Source of the DNA: the human T2T-CHM13v2.0 reference genome, Homo sapiens
Direction: 5' to 3' (one strand)
DNA: 64,000 nt
NCBI RefSeq assembly: GCF_009914755.1
Contig: NC_060942.1
Shown here: piece by piece, positions 1-13,460 of the stretch
Layout of the letters: every line of letters starts with the position of its first letter
How positions within the stretch are numbered: position 1 is the stretch's first letter
Program-made: the position numbers and the translations under genes
Notes under the pieces: model-generated
The model's database searches: none
The model's input: only the letters and a program-made list of their open reading frames with translations
What the model was told of the DNA's origin: nothing

Positions 1-420
1 CAACCTAAATGCCCATTAACAATGGGCCAGATAAAACATGGTACATGTGCACCATGGAACACTATGCAGCCATAAGAAGAACAAGGAGATCATGTCCTTT
101 GCAGCAACGTGGATGGAGCTGGAGGCCATTATCCTGAGTAAACTAACATAGGAACAGAAAACCAAATACTGCATGTTCACACATATAATGGGAGCCAAAC
201 ATTGAGTACACATGGACACAAAGGAACAACAGACACTGGGGCGTGCTTAAGGATAGAGGGAGGGAAGAGGATGAGGATCCAAAAATCACCTCTCAGGTTC
301 TATGCTTATTATGTGGGTGGCAAAATAATCTGTACACCAAACTTCTGTGACATGCAATTTATTTATATAACAAACCTGCATATGTGCCCTGAACCTAAAA
401 TAAAAGTTAAAAAAATAAAA
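1..420 (+). mobile_element. L1 3' end (old primate L1PA15/16-L1PB type), cut by window start
   Basis: Typical L1 3' UTR text (GAGATCATGTCCTTTGCAGC, GGAGGCCATTATCCT, AACAAACCTGCA) ending in AAAATAAAAGTTAAAAAAATAAAA. Confidence 0.92.
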
Positions 421-785
421 ATTTCTACCAACATCTAATGTGAAAAAGGCATAATAGATTCCATTTTTAATTAAATCACATAATGAAATAACAAAGTGTC
501 AGGTCTGTGGAAGTCCCTAGGACAGTATTTATTAATGAAGCAGTATAATGCAGTTTGTATGAAGCATATTCCTTTTATGCCAAGCCCTGCTCTGGATTCA
601 TAGGGTCCTAGGTGGCACCAATGCAAGTAGGCATAGTTGGAAAGGACCTCATGAGAATGGAGGTCTCTACAAATTCAATTCAGTTTAACAAATATTTCGG
701 GTAGGTGCTGTAGGAGAGTTACAGTAAAAATTATAAGACAGACCCTGCTCTCCTGGAGCTTGGAGCTTGGAGCTTGGAGCCTGCG

Positions 786-1320
786 CCATGCTTTCCAAAC
801 TTGTTTGCACATTGGAATCACCTGGGGACCCTATAAAATATTGATGTCTGTGCCCATCCCACTGCCCTAGAGCTTGTGATCTGATTGTTCTGGGGTCTAG
901 CATGAGGTTTGGAATTTTAAAAAGATGATTCTCAAGTGCAAACAAGTTTGGGAACCAATGGTATGTGTTGTCATTCTCAGCTTTGGCTGCGTTAGAATCA
1001 CCTGGAGAGTGTGTGTGCCTGTTTGCATACACTCCCTACACACCGTATGCATGTGTGTATGAGGGCATGTGTTACACATTTGTGCCCAGGCTTCAGCCCT
1101 AGAGATTCTGATTTATATGGCGTGGGGTCCAGACATCAGTTTTATTTAAAACCCCAAATTAGGTGCATGTTAGAATCATCTGGGGCGTTTTTAAAATACC
1201 GATGTCTGGGTCTCACTCCAGAGACTAGGGTTTAATTGGTTTGGAGTCTAGTCTGGGAATCAGATTTTTTGTGAAGCTGCTTAGGTGATTCAAATATACA
1301 GCCAAGATTGCAATCCCCTG
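786..1320. mobile_element. Cluster of about three MER5A/B (hAT-Charlie) MITE copies
   Basis: Repeated core GAATCACCTGG/GAATCATCTGG at about 815, 995 and 1172, plus GGTGATTC...CAGCCAAG and GGGAACCAATG ends. Confidence 0.8.
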
Positions 1321-2070
1321 TGTTAACCAGCAAAATCACCAGGATTACCTTGTGCAGGGTTACCTTGTGCACCAGGGTTACCCTGTGCTCAATAAAAATG
1401 GGAACACATGAAACAATAGAAGGGTTTATAAAAATGTTAGTGCTAAAACTTTGGGCATTTCTGGTTCTTTGGACATTTCCGTAGGCCTGAATATGTTATG
1501 CTGTGATTTGGATGAAGGGTAGGCAGCAAAACCTAATAAATTCAGCTCACGACCACAGCCTTCATTGTGGCTACCAGTAGAACTTTGAGCTGAAACTGAC
1601 AGCCAAGATCTTCCTAATTGCCCTGTTCCTTGTATCTGCAGTGATAGGAGTGGCACATCTGCCTGTCATACTCCTGATGTATCTAACATTGTTATTTGGA
1701 GAAAAATAACCAGAAACTGGTTTCTGTAACATTAAGGTACTCCAGCCATAGATTTAGCCTTAGGTGAACTCTGTGTAGTTCAGCAAGTGTTGACTGAGAG
1801 CCTACCGACTGCCCAGGGTTCAACAGAGAGCTCCCTGGAGCACAGACTGCATGTGTTGCCTGGTTTCCTTTGTTCCCTAGGCAATTCCTGTTTAGTCCAA
1901 GGCGTAAGGGGAGGGGCTGTATTTCTGCATCTGGCCCCCAGGTGAATGCAGCTGTTTTAAACTGCGAGCGCTCAGCTATCCTGGAAAAGGGGAAGTGGCC
2001 AGAGAGTTCATTGAAGCTGCTCATTGAATGGAATCTGAGCTGCTTCTAATGGTCTTTGAAGGCTCCACAA

Positions 2071-2258
2071 CAGTGGTTTTCAAACCTGAGTGTGCATCTG
2101 AATCACCTGGAACACTTGTTAAACTACAGATTGCTGGGGCAACCCTCAGAGTTTCCAATTCAGTAGGTATAGGATAGGGTCCAAGAATATGCGTTTCTAA
2201 TGCCTGTCCAGGTGATGCTGGTGGTGCTAGTCTGGGGACTACCATTTGAGAACCACTG
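2071..2258. mobile_element. MER5A, full length
   Basis: Terminal inverted repeats CAGTGGTTTTCAAA ... TTTGAGAACCACTG; internal GAATCACCTGG and CCAGGTGATGCTG. Confidence 0.9.
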
Positions 2259-2409
2259 GTCTAGGAGAAAGGACATAGTGATGGCAGATGGTGCCTGTTT
2301 GGTCAAGGAAAAGGAAATTATATGATTGCTGCAAATCTACCTAATGGTTACAAGATCAGGAATCAAAAGAACCTATTAGCAAACTATAAGATTGATAGAT
2401 GGATTTTTT

Positions 2410-3020
2410 GAAAAAATTATGAAACACCTAATGCATGCTAGGTATTGTGCAAGCTTTGCTGCTATAAGGAAGAGGAAGAGCCGTTACTACATGAAGTGGT
2501 TAGTCTTGGGGGAGTAATGGACTGCTAAAAGGACACCACAGTACTGCTCCCATAATGCTCTGTAGAGGGAGCACCTGGGGCTTTCAGGGGACAAACATGG
2601 GCAGGAGGGAGTGTGACTCAGAGGAGGCTTCCAGGAGCACGTGATGTCTGGGAGGAATCTTGGAAGATGACCTGGTGTTTGCTAGGGGAAGGTGGGGCAG
2701 TATCCCTGGAGCAGCATGGGCAGAGGTGAGAGAGAACATGAGTAAGCCTCGCATGGAGAACCATACATGGCTTATGATAACTGGGGTAAAGAATTGGATG
2801 AGGAGGGGCAGCTTAGTCTGGACAGGCAGGCAGAGACTGGAGCACAGTAGCTGGGGCTGATCTGAAGGCAAGGAAAGTCTTTGAGGGGTGTAAGCAGGAG
2901 AGGATGGTGATCAGATTTGCCTGCTCATTGCCTGCAAGTTGGAAAATGGACTGGAGAGAACATGCACGTGCAGGAGACACAAGAGACTGTCACAGGAGTC
3001 CCCATGGGAAGTGATAAGGC
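2410..3020 (-). mobile_element. L2 fragment
   Basis: Degenerate L2 motifs (CAGAGGAGGCTTCCAGGAG, TAAGCAGGAGAGGATGGTGATCAGATTTG). Confidence 0.6.
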
Positions 3021-4899
3021 CGCAGGGTACATGGCCTGTGCATCATTTTGTCCTTGCATCACTCTTGGCCTCTGCTCAGGATTTTAAATACTGTGTGTGC
3101 TTTTGGAGTGGCACCAGGCAGCAACTATTATGCTTCCCCCTACATGAATATTGTTTTTCAAGGAAAATGAAGTTTAAATGAATGTCAAGGGCAACTTTGA
3201 AGCAGATGAGTTACAAAAATGCAACCACTTGAGAGGTATGTGTGGAAGTGGAGTGGGACAGTCCCACCTCCTTAGTCTAGATGAGTTTGGGGAGGAATTG
3301 TTCTCTGCCTGTTCTGTTTTCTTTTTTGGTACTAGCTGGGAGTCACGCTTTTACCTTGAGAGCAGATTAAAAGCCCTGAGTCATAGCCCAGCCACCTGCT
3401 GGCAGCTACATTTCCCCACCTCCCAGGCCTATTCCCCTTCAATTTGGGGGCTTACCCAGGGAAGTCTCCCAGGTACCCTCAGGATGGTGCCAGTGCTGGG
3501 CATTATGGAGTCAGTAGGGCTGTCCAAAATAGGTGAGACCCACTCCATGCCCATCACAGTTGCACACCAGGTGTGCATGAAGAAAATGGAGAAGAGGGTG
3601 ACAGTGGGCTAATTGTTGGCTAGGGACAAGTGCAAAGGGTGTTAGAAGGGGAGTGAGTTCTCATCCATTCCTGGCCCATCTTAAAAGAAAGCAACAGTGA
3701 TGGATTTTACTTGTGGTACTACTCACTTCAATTTGGTGATGAAAATTTGATTTGTGGTTTCCTCTCACAGGGCTCTTCATCACACAGTAATTGATACATC
3801 TCCAAGTAGCTCTTGAGGAAATCTATTCCAACAGGTCCCATCAGCACCCAGGGAGCCTAGCAGGGATCTCAGCAGGCTCCACCTCCCCTGTCATCCCCCT
3901 TCCTCCTTCAGTCTGTGGGGTTTCATCAGAAGCCTGAGTAGGCTGGAGGAGGAGGAGGCAGGGGTCACACCAAAGGGATTGAAGACCAGTGTTGGCAAAC
4001 GGTCTGTTCTCAGTAGTAGGGGCATCAAGCAATAGGTCACCTTTGTTGAGGTGGCTTTGCTGCTCAAAACCAACACAGTAGATGTGGGAATGGGCTGCAG
4101 GATTGGGAGCCAGCGGCTGCCTCAGGTGAGAAGGGTGAGAAGGGCAGGTAAGAGCAGGAAGTAATGGGTGTGACCAAGGGCAAAGTTTGCCCTGATCAGG
4201 GGAAGACATATGGCCTGAATACCTCCCCAAAGGCTGCCCCACACCTTTTGCTAATGACATGCCCATGCTCTTACTAGGTGGTTGCTAAAAATGTTTGTAC
4301 AAATGCCCAAGGGGACTTCCATCAACCTATGGCTGGCTAAGGCCAAGCTGCTTTTTTCCTGCTTCCATCTGCTGTTTGTTTCTGAGCGAAGCTTGCCCTA
4401 CAGTGGGAACCATCCTAGACGTCTGTTCCTTGAGTCACTTAAGGGTGTTCTGCCTTCTCTCTTTCATGGTGTTTACTGTTGGCCCTGCTCCGTGGAACAG
4501 CACTAGAATATAAACTGCCATATTCTCTAATAATGTCAATTGTGTGAGTCTCGCCTCCTCCGATACTAGTAAATCTTAGGGCAGAAACTTAAATCGATTA
4601 CAGAACTTCTTTTATACCCCTCCTTTGCTCCCTGCTCTGCCTGGCATCAGGTAGTAGCTGGATGATATACTGAGATGCCTGAATTTCCCTTGGAAACCCA
4701 AACACATCTGCCTTTCCATTGTCCATCAATACTGCTCCTGGGGCCTTCCACCTTCTGCTTACCCAGTAGCACAGCTTGATGCCTGTATTCATCCTCACTC
4801 TGTGAGCACTGAAGGAGGAGGAGTTTGCATGTTCATCCTGGGCACTCTCAACATCCTAAAATGCACGAGTGCCTTTGCTTAAAAAGCAAGGCAGCAAGA

Positions 4900-5402
4900 T
4901 GTATTCACTATCTGTGGCTGTAGCAAACCACCCCATGATTCAGAAGCTTAAAACGGCAAAGGTTTATTTGCTTACAGATCCTTTGTGTCAGGCATTTGGA
5001 AGCTGCTTAGCTGAGTGGTTCTAGTTCAGGGACTCTCATGAGGCTGCAGTCATGGTGTTGGTGAGGGCCACAGACATCTGGAAGCTTGTCTTGGGCTGAA
5101 GGATCAGCTTCCAAGGTCACTCATGTGGCTGGAGGCGTTGGTTCCTCTCTGCAGGTCTTTCCATAGGGGCTTATCACACGGCAGCTGCCTCCCTCCAGGG
5201 CACACACGTGATCCAAGAGAGCAACCGAGCAGTTACGGTACCTCTACAACCTGGACTCTGAAATGGCATGGTCATTGCCCTTTTCTTTCTCTTCATTAGA
5301 AGTGAGCCACTGAGTCCAGCCCACATTCAGATGAAGGGGAATTATGCTCAACTTTGTGAAGAGAGTGTCAAATAATTTTTGAACATATTTTAAACCACCA
5401 CA
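4900..5402 (-). mobile_element. MLT1 (F/G/H-type) MaLR solo LTR
   Basis: TGTATT...CAAACCACCCC...GGGACTCTCATGAGGCTGCAGTC...ATTTTAAACCACCACA. Confidence 0.8.
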
Positions 5403-5837
5403 TAAAGCAGGTGAGCAGAAGAGTTGAGTTCATCCTTTGCCAGTAACTTATTTTCCCATGTGGGTGGCTTGGGAGCTGCTCTGGGGAACTCCATGCACCT
5501 GTGGGTAGAATGTGGTGAAGGGTTGAGATCCAAGAGTTAGTCTGACAACAGTTACTGGGATACGTGACATGTCCTAGGAGTTTGGGGACCTAGGAAAGTT
5601 ACATGTAAATTTTTGCTGTCACAGAGCTCACAGGCAAATGAAACTTTTAATAATAAGCACCATACAATTATCATTGTCCTTTTGAAAGCATTATCTATTG
5701 ATGAGACTTCTGCTATTTCTAGAATTATGAAGAATAGGGCAGCTTAAAAAGAGGTGGGCTTATCTGCTGGAGGGTTAGAGCCCTTTCCTTCCACTGGGCC
5801 TCAGATTTCTCATATGTAAAGTGGAGAGGGACCCATT

Positions 5838-5965
5838 CAGTGGGTCTGTACCCTGGCTGCTTGTTGGAGCAACTCAGGGAACTTAAACAAAATACTCTAG
5901 AAGTTCTGATTCACTCAGTCTGGGATGAAGTCTGGCTACAGGATCTCCTCAGATGAGAACCACTG
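5838..5965. mobile_element. MER5B-like, internally deleted
   Basis: CAGTGG...CCTGGCTGC...TTCTGATTCA...TGAGAACCACTG. Confidence 0.65.
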
Positions 5966-6339
5966 GGCTGGCTGATTATGAAGATCTTACAGACTCTGAC
6001 ACTCAGTGGCTCCTAGTGGCAAGCTCTCCTGTTCTGTGGTACAGCGAGGATGCTCAGGTGCGGGTGCCCTTACTGAGAAAGCTAAATCCTGACTCTACCA
6101 CCTATCCCCACCCTAGTCACACAGAGTGGCCTAAGAAAGTGCAGGGCTACCTTGTGAGTTAATGAGCTCCCTGATGTTAGAATGGCTCAGCCTGGGACCA
6201 TATCACAGAGATGTTATGGTTGTTGCACCAAGAATTCCTGCACTGGGCAGGTGGGTAGACTAGGCCAGTGGTTCTCAAACTGTAGTCTGCAGAGCAGCAT
6301 CAGTAGCCGCACCTAGAAGTTTTTTAGCAAGGCTCATTC

Positions 6340-7552
<1,213 letters not shown>

Positions 7553-8857
7553 ATTCTCCCTTCTCTTCACACTGAATCAGAATTTCTGGATCTCTGGGGC
7601 TGGACCCTAACAACCTGGGTTTTACAAACCTTGCAGGTGATCTTGATGCATTTAAAGCTAGAGACACACTGTACTAGAGGACTTCTCAAAGTCCCTCTGA
7701 CCCTAAGCTTTCCTCTTCACAGCAGTGAATTGGGGGCATAAATGTCTGTCTTTAGGCACAAATGCTTCAGGGCATATTGAGGATTGAGTAAGATCCTGTT
7801 CATCATAATTGCTATGCTTTCACTGAAGAGTGCCTGAAGTCTTCTTGCTCCTTGAGGACTGATGCTTGCTGGGAGTTCAACTGGGAGAGATTTCTGGATA
7901 AAAACCAATGTGTTTATCGTCCTTAAGCATCTAAATACCGTTTGCTACTTTACAGCATGTCTTAGCTGCTGCTTGCTACAGCCAGGGAGTCTGTCCAAGC
8001 CCTTTATGTCTCTTCTCTATTAAAGAAGAATCACACAGACCTATGGGATGTTCTGGGGTTATGGTGGAGGAATCAAATCAGAGAGTGCAAATCCTAATTT
8101 CCCATCCACTTCGTGTACCCCTGGCAGTGACCGAACATGAGGCTGGATGAACTGCGGAACTAAGCCTCTAGGGCATGTCTCATGTTCTTAAAAAAAAAGC
8201 CAAAAACAAAAACAACAGATCCTCTTTTTATAACTTTAGCAGTGCAGCCTCCTGAAATTGAAGATAGTGAAAATATGAGAGAGTATTTGAACTCTGCATG
8301 ATGTATGAATTGTGTATTGTTCCCTAGCTATAGACTGTGTCCCCAACTCTTGCTAGCCACCTTGCAGTGTTTGTCCTTGTGGCACATGTTACAAACCCAG
8401 GTAATAATAAGCCTTAGTTAAGCACTAGTTCTCTCTACCGCCTATGACAGAAGAATCTTGACTGTACTTGTCAGTTGGAGTCATCTATTCCTTGTATTTA
8501 TCTTTAATAATCACTGAAGGAGTTCATTTAATTCAGGAGCTTACAAGGATAACAAAAGAATTGGATGACAATGACTAGCATGAAACCAAGAGACTGACCT
8601 GCACACAAAATGCTAGTCAACATAAACTGTGAATATTGATTACAAACTACAAATATCAGTAGCGTTAACTCCGGACTCTCCTATTCAAGGAGCTGATGAT
8701 ACCCACAGCCTTGCATAACTGAAGGAAATGGCTTTGTTTGGTTCCTGTATAAATGTTTCTTGTCCATCATTTGATTCTGTGTTGGAAAGGTCATTTTCCT
8801 ATGTAAAAAAGAAATTGTGTTATAATGCTAAATTACGCTAAGTTTCTGCCTGGTGTT

Positions 8858-9036
8858 TTTAGGTTCTCAATCTACAGGATCACTTAGGATGCTTTAAAAA
8901 TAATAAAGATGCTTGGGTGTCAGCCCCAGAGGTTCTGATTTAATTGGTCATGGATGTGGTCCACGGGCCAGCTGGACTGGCATTTTAAAAAGCTAGCCCT
9001 GTGGTTCTAATGTGCAGTTTGGGCTGTGAACCACTG
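8858..9036. mobile_element. MER5B
   Basis: GGTTCTCAA...CCCCAGAGGTTCTGATTTAATTGG...GAACCACTG. Confidence 0.75.
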
Positions 9037-9439
9037 GCTTAGAGTTTTCATCAATTGCATTTCTATGATCTTTGATATGAATGTCGCTAATTTGCTACTA
9101 TACACATTCATCCAAAGCTGACCCCTGAGGATGTTCCCTGTCCTCCAATGTGTGCTCTGCTAGGTGCCAGGTGGGGCCTCTACCTCTCTCTTTCCCTCTT
9201 CCCTGTCCTCTCTTTTAGCTGCGTGTTTGACAGTGGGGTAGGTAATATATCAACATGTCTGGTTTTTTCTACAGAGAATGTTAAAGTTGCATGCACCTGC
9301 AAGTCCCCCATAATGTGCAAAAGTATGAGTATGACCTTGCCTATGTTCTAATTCAGACTGTGCCCTGGGGTACTATTCTAGCATCAATGTCTACTTACAC
9401 TAAGGCTATACTTGATCAATAAGGGGCTTGGTAAGTAGA

Positions 9440-9797
9440 TATATTAGTCCGCTCTCATGCTGCTATAAAGAACTGTCCAAGACTGGGTAATTTATAAAGA
9501 AAAGAGGTTTAATTGACTTACAGTTCCACAGGGCTTGGGAAGCCTCAGGAAACTTATAGCAGAAGGTAAACCAAACATGTCCTTCTTCACATGGTGGTAG
9601 GAAGGAGAAGTGCTGAGCAAAGGGGGAAAAGCCTCATCAGATCTCGTGAGAACTCACTCACTGTCACAAGAACAGCATGGGGGTTACTGCCCCCATGATT
9701 CAATTATCTCCCAGTGGGTCTGTCCCATGACACATGGGGATTATGGGAGCTACAATTCAAGATGAGATTTGGGTGGGGACATAGCCAAACCATATTA
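9440..9797 (-). mobile_element. THE1 (C/D-type) MaLR solo LTR
   Basis: TATTAGTCC...GACTGGGTAATTTATAAAGAAAAGAGGTTTAATTGAC...GATGAGATTTGGGTGGGGAC...CCAAACCATAT. Confidence 0.92.
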
Positions 9798-10219
9798 CTG
9801 GGTGTGACCATTTCAGTAATGACCCATTATCATCAGTGGAAAAACAAGGTGAGGATACCTGCTCTGTACAGGGACATCTTATATCCATTCATAAGGAACT
9901 TGAATTATTTACAATGTTTGCACAAAAGAGGCTTTTAAAATTTAATTTATGACTTTCTATGTCAGAAAACACAATTTCTGAGCAACTTTCTAATTGACAT
10001 TAGTTTGTCAAAGCTATGTGATTTGGCTAGCTCAACTTAGCTAAGAGACCTTCAATATTACCAGTATCACTGATTTTGAACAAAGTATTCTGAAAGAGAC
10101 ATCCTATAAAAATGGAAATTATAAGGGGGTAGGGTCACCAAAAAATTAAAGTGGAAAATTACCTTCTTCTGCTTGAGGATAACAGATCTAAAAGTATTTG
10201 AGTTCTTGGTGCTGAAGTG

Positions 10220-10450
10220 CTGAAAACTGTTAGATGTAGAGTCAGCCAGCCTGGGTGTGAATTCCAGCCATGCATTTATTTACTAGGTACATAGAGTTGG
10301 GCAGAAAACGTAATGTATTTAGGCCTCAGAGTCCTCATCTGCAAATGTGGAGTAATAATGATATAACTTTTATGAGGAGAAAATAAGATAATCCATATAA
10401 AACACTTGGAGAACTGCTTAGCTCATGGTAAACTCCGAGTGTACATTAGC
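10220..10450 (+). mobile_element. MIR
   Basis: GAGTCAGCCAGCCTGGGTGTGAATTCCAGC...GCCTCAGAGTCCTCATCTGCAAA core. Confidence 0.75.
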
Positions 10451-10893
10451 CCTTTTTATGGATATATTTGTTTTCTTTCTATTGTTACCTGTGTAGAAAA
10501 TAAAAAAGGGTCTTTTTTCCTACTGATCCAGGGCAAGACCTCAAAATGTTCTGAAAACAGTCACTCCAGGCAAATACTTTCATATATGCTTGGTAATATT
10601 AAAGACATTCTTCAATTTTCATTTAATCTTTACTTTTAGGATTTTGGGGGCTCTGATTTATATACCATTGCCATCTTGTGGTGACACCTTCAAATTGCAG
10701 GGTTTTTTAGAGGGATGAATTTTTTTAAGGTTTCAATCTGAGAAAATAAAATTATGAAATGACAGCTGGTAAAAAACAATTTCATATTTTTCAAAGCTCA
10801 TTAACATACTCTACCTTATTTGATTACTACAAGAAGTCTGTAGAGTAGGTGTTATTATCTCTATCATATAAATGAGAATCAGGCAGAAGAGAT

Positions 10894-11231
10894 TGCTGTG
10901 GTCTGAATGTGTCCCCTCCAAATTCGTATGTTGAAGTCTAATCACCAGTGTGATAGAATTAAGACATGGGGCCTTTGGGAGATATTAATAATTAGGTCTT
11001 GAATGGGATTCGTGCCCTTATAAGAAAGGCCCAAGGTAGCTTGTTTGCGCCTTCCACTGTGAGAGGACACAGCTAGAACATGCCATCTGCAAGGAAGGGA
11101 ACCCTCACAGACACCGAATTTGCCAGTGCCTTGATTTCAGACCTCCCAGCCTCCAAAACGGTTAGAAATAAATTTATGTTGTTTATAAGCTTCCTAAAGT
11201 TTTTGTTGTGCAGCCCAAATGGAGTAAGACA
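10894..11231 (+). mobile_element. MLT1A-type solo LTR inserted in a minus-strand MIR
   Basis: TGCTGTGGTCTGAATGTGTCCCC...CCAGCCTCCAAAACGGTTAGAAATAAAT...TAAGACA; MIR sequence on both flanks. Confidence 0.88.
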
Positions 11232-11496
11232 GGGAGGGATTAAATGTCTTGTCCAAAGTTTGGGGTGACTCAAAAGGGCAAGAGTCAGAGCTGGAGCCTA
11301 GGCCTCCTAGGTCTCCACCACCAGTCCTTTTCTGACATCCCAGTAGGGGCAGCCCCTCCATGAAGGTGTGGTAGGTGCTTCAGTAGGAGCACATTAAAGA
11401 CTAACTTCCCAAGACTGCTGCTGGATAAGAGATTTTAGCTAATTACTTCACAGCAGGGTTTGGAATTCTCTGTCTAGATGGTCGATGATGTTGTTT

Positions 11497-11799
<303 letters not shown>

Positions 11800-11857
11800 T
11801 GATGTTGTTTATGCCAGTATTTCTCAGTGTCTTTTTTGTCGTGGTAGAACGAAGAGG

Positions 11858-12715
<858 letters not shown>

Positions 12716-13103
12716 AATAACATTCGTGTGTCCACTTGCTAAGAGAAACTCAGACTTTTTTACTAGCGTGTAGCATCCACAGATAAAAGAAGACCCTGTT
12801 AAACCCATCAAGTATGCATGATGGATTTTTTAAAATTCAGGAATAGCAAGTTCAATCCAAGGTGAAAATATGGTTGAGAAACAGCTCTGGTACGTGGGTC
12901 CCTGGCTGTTGACAGTCTAGGTCCACATTTGGGCTCCTTTCTGGGACTGCCCATAGCTTCAATAATCATGGCCCTGGTCCTAAAGATTATTTGGTGTATC
13001 TCACCCAAACTCAATTCATACAGGCATTTATGGATACAGAAAAAACTTGGAGAAATGACCAAAAAATTAGCCCATTAGATGGTATAAAAAATATTAACTC
13101 TAA

Positions 13104-13460
<357 letters not shown>

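Noticed and set aside
3841-3860. REST/RE1-like TCAGCACC
   Set aside because: Right half-site GGACAG is absent
11341-11354. CTCF-like CCAGTAGGGGCAGC
   Set aside because: One base short in the core; weak match
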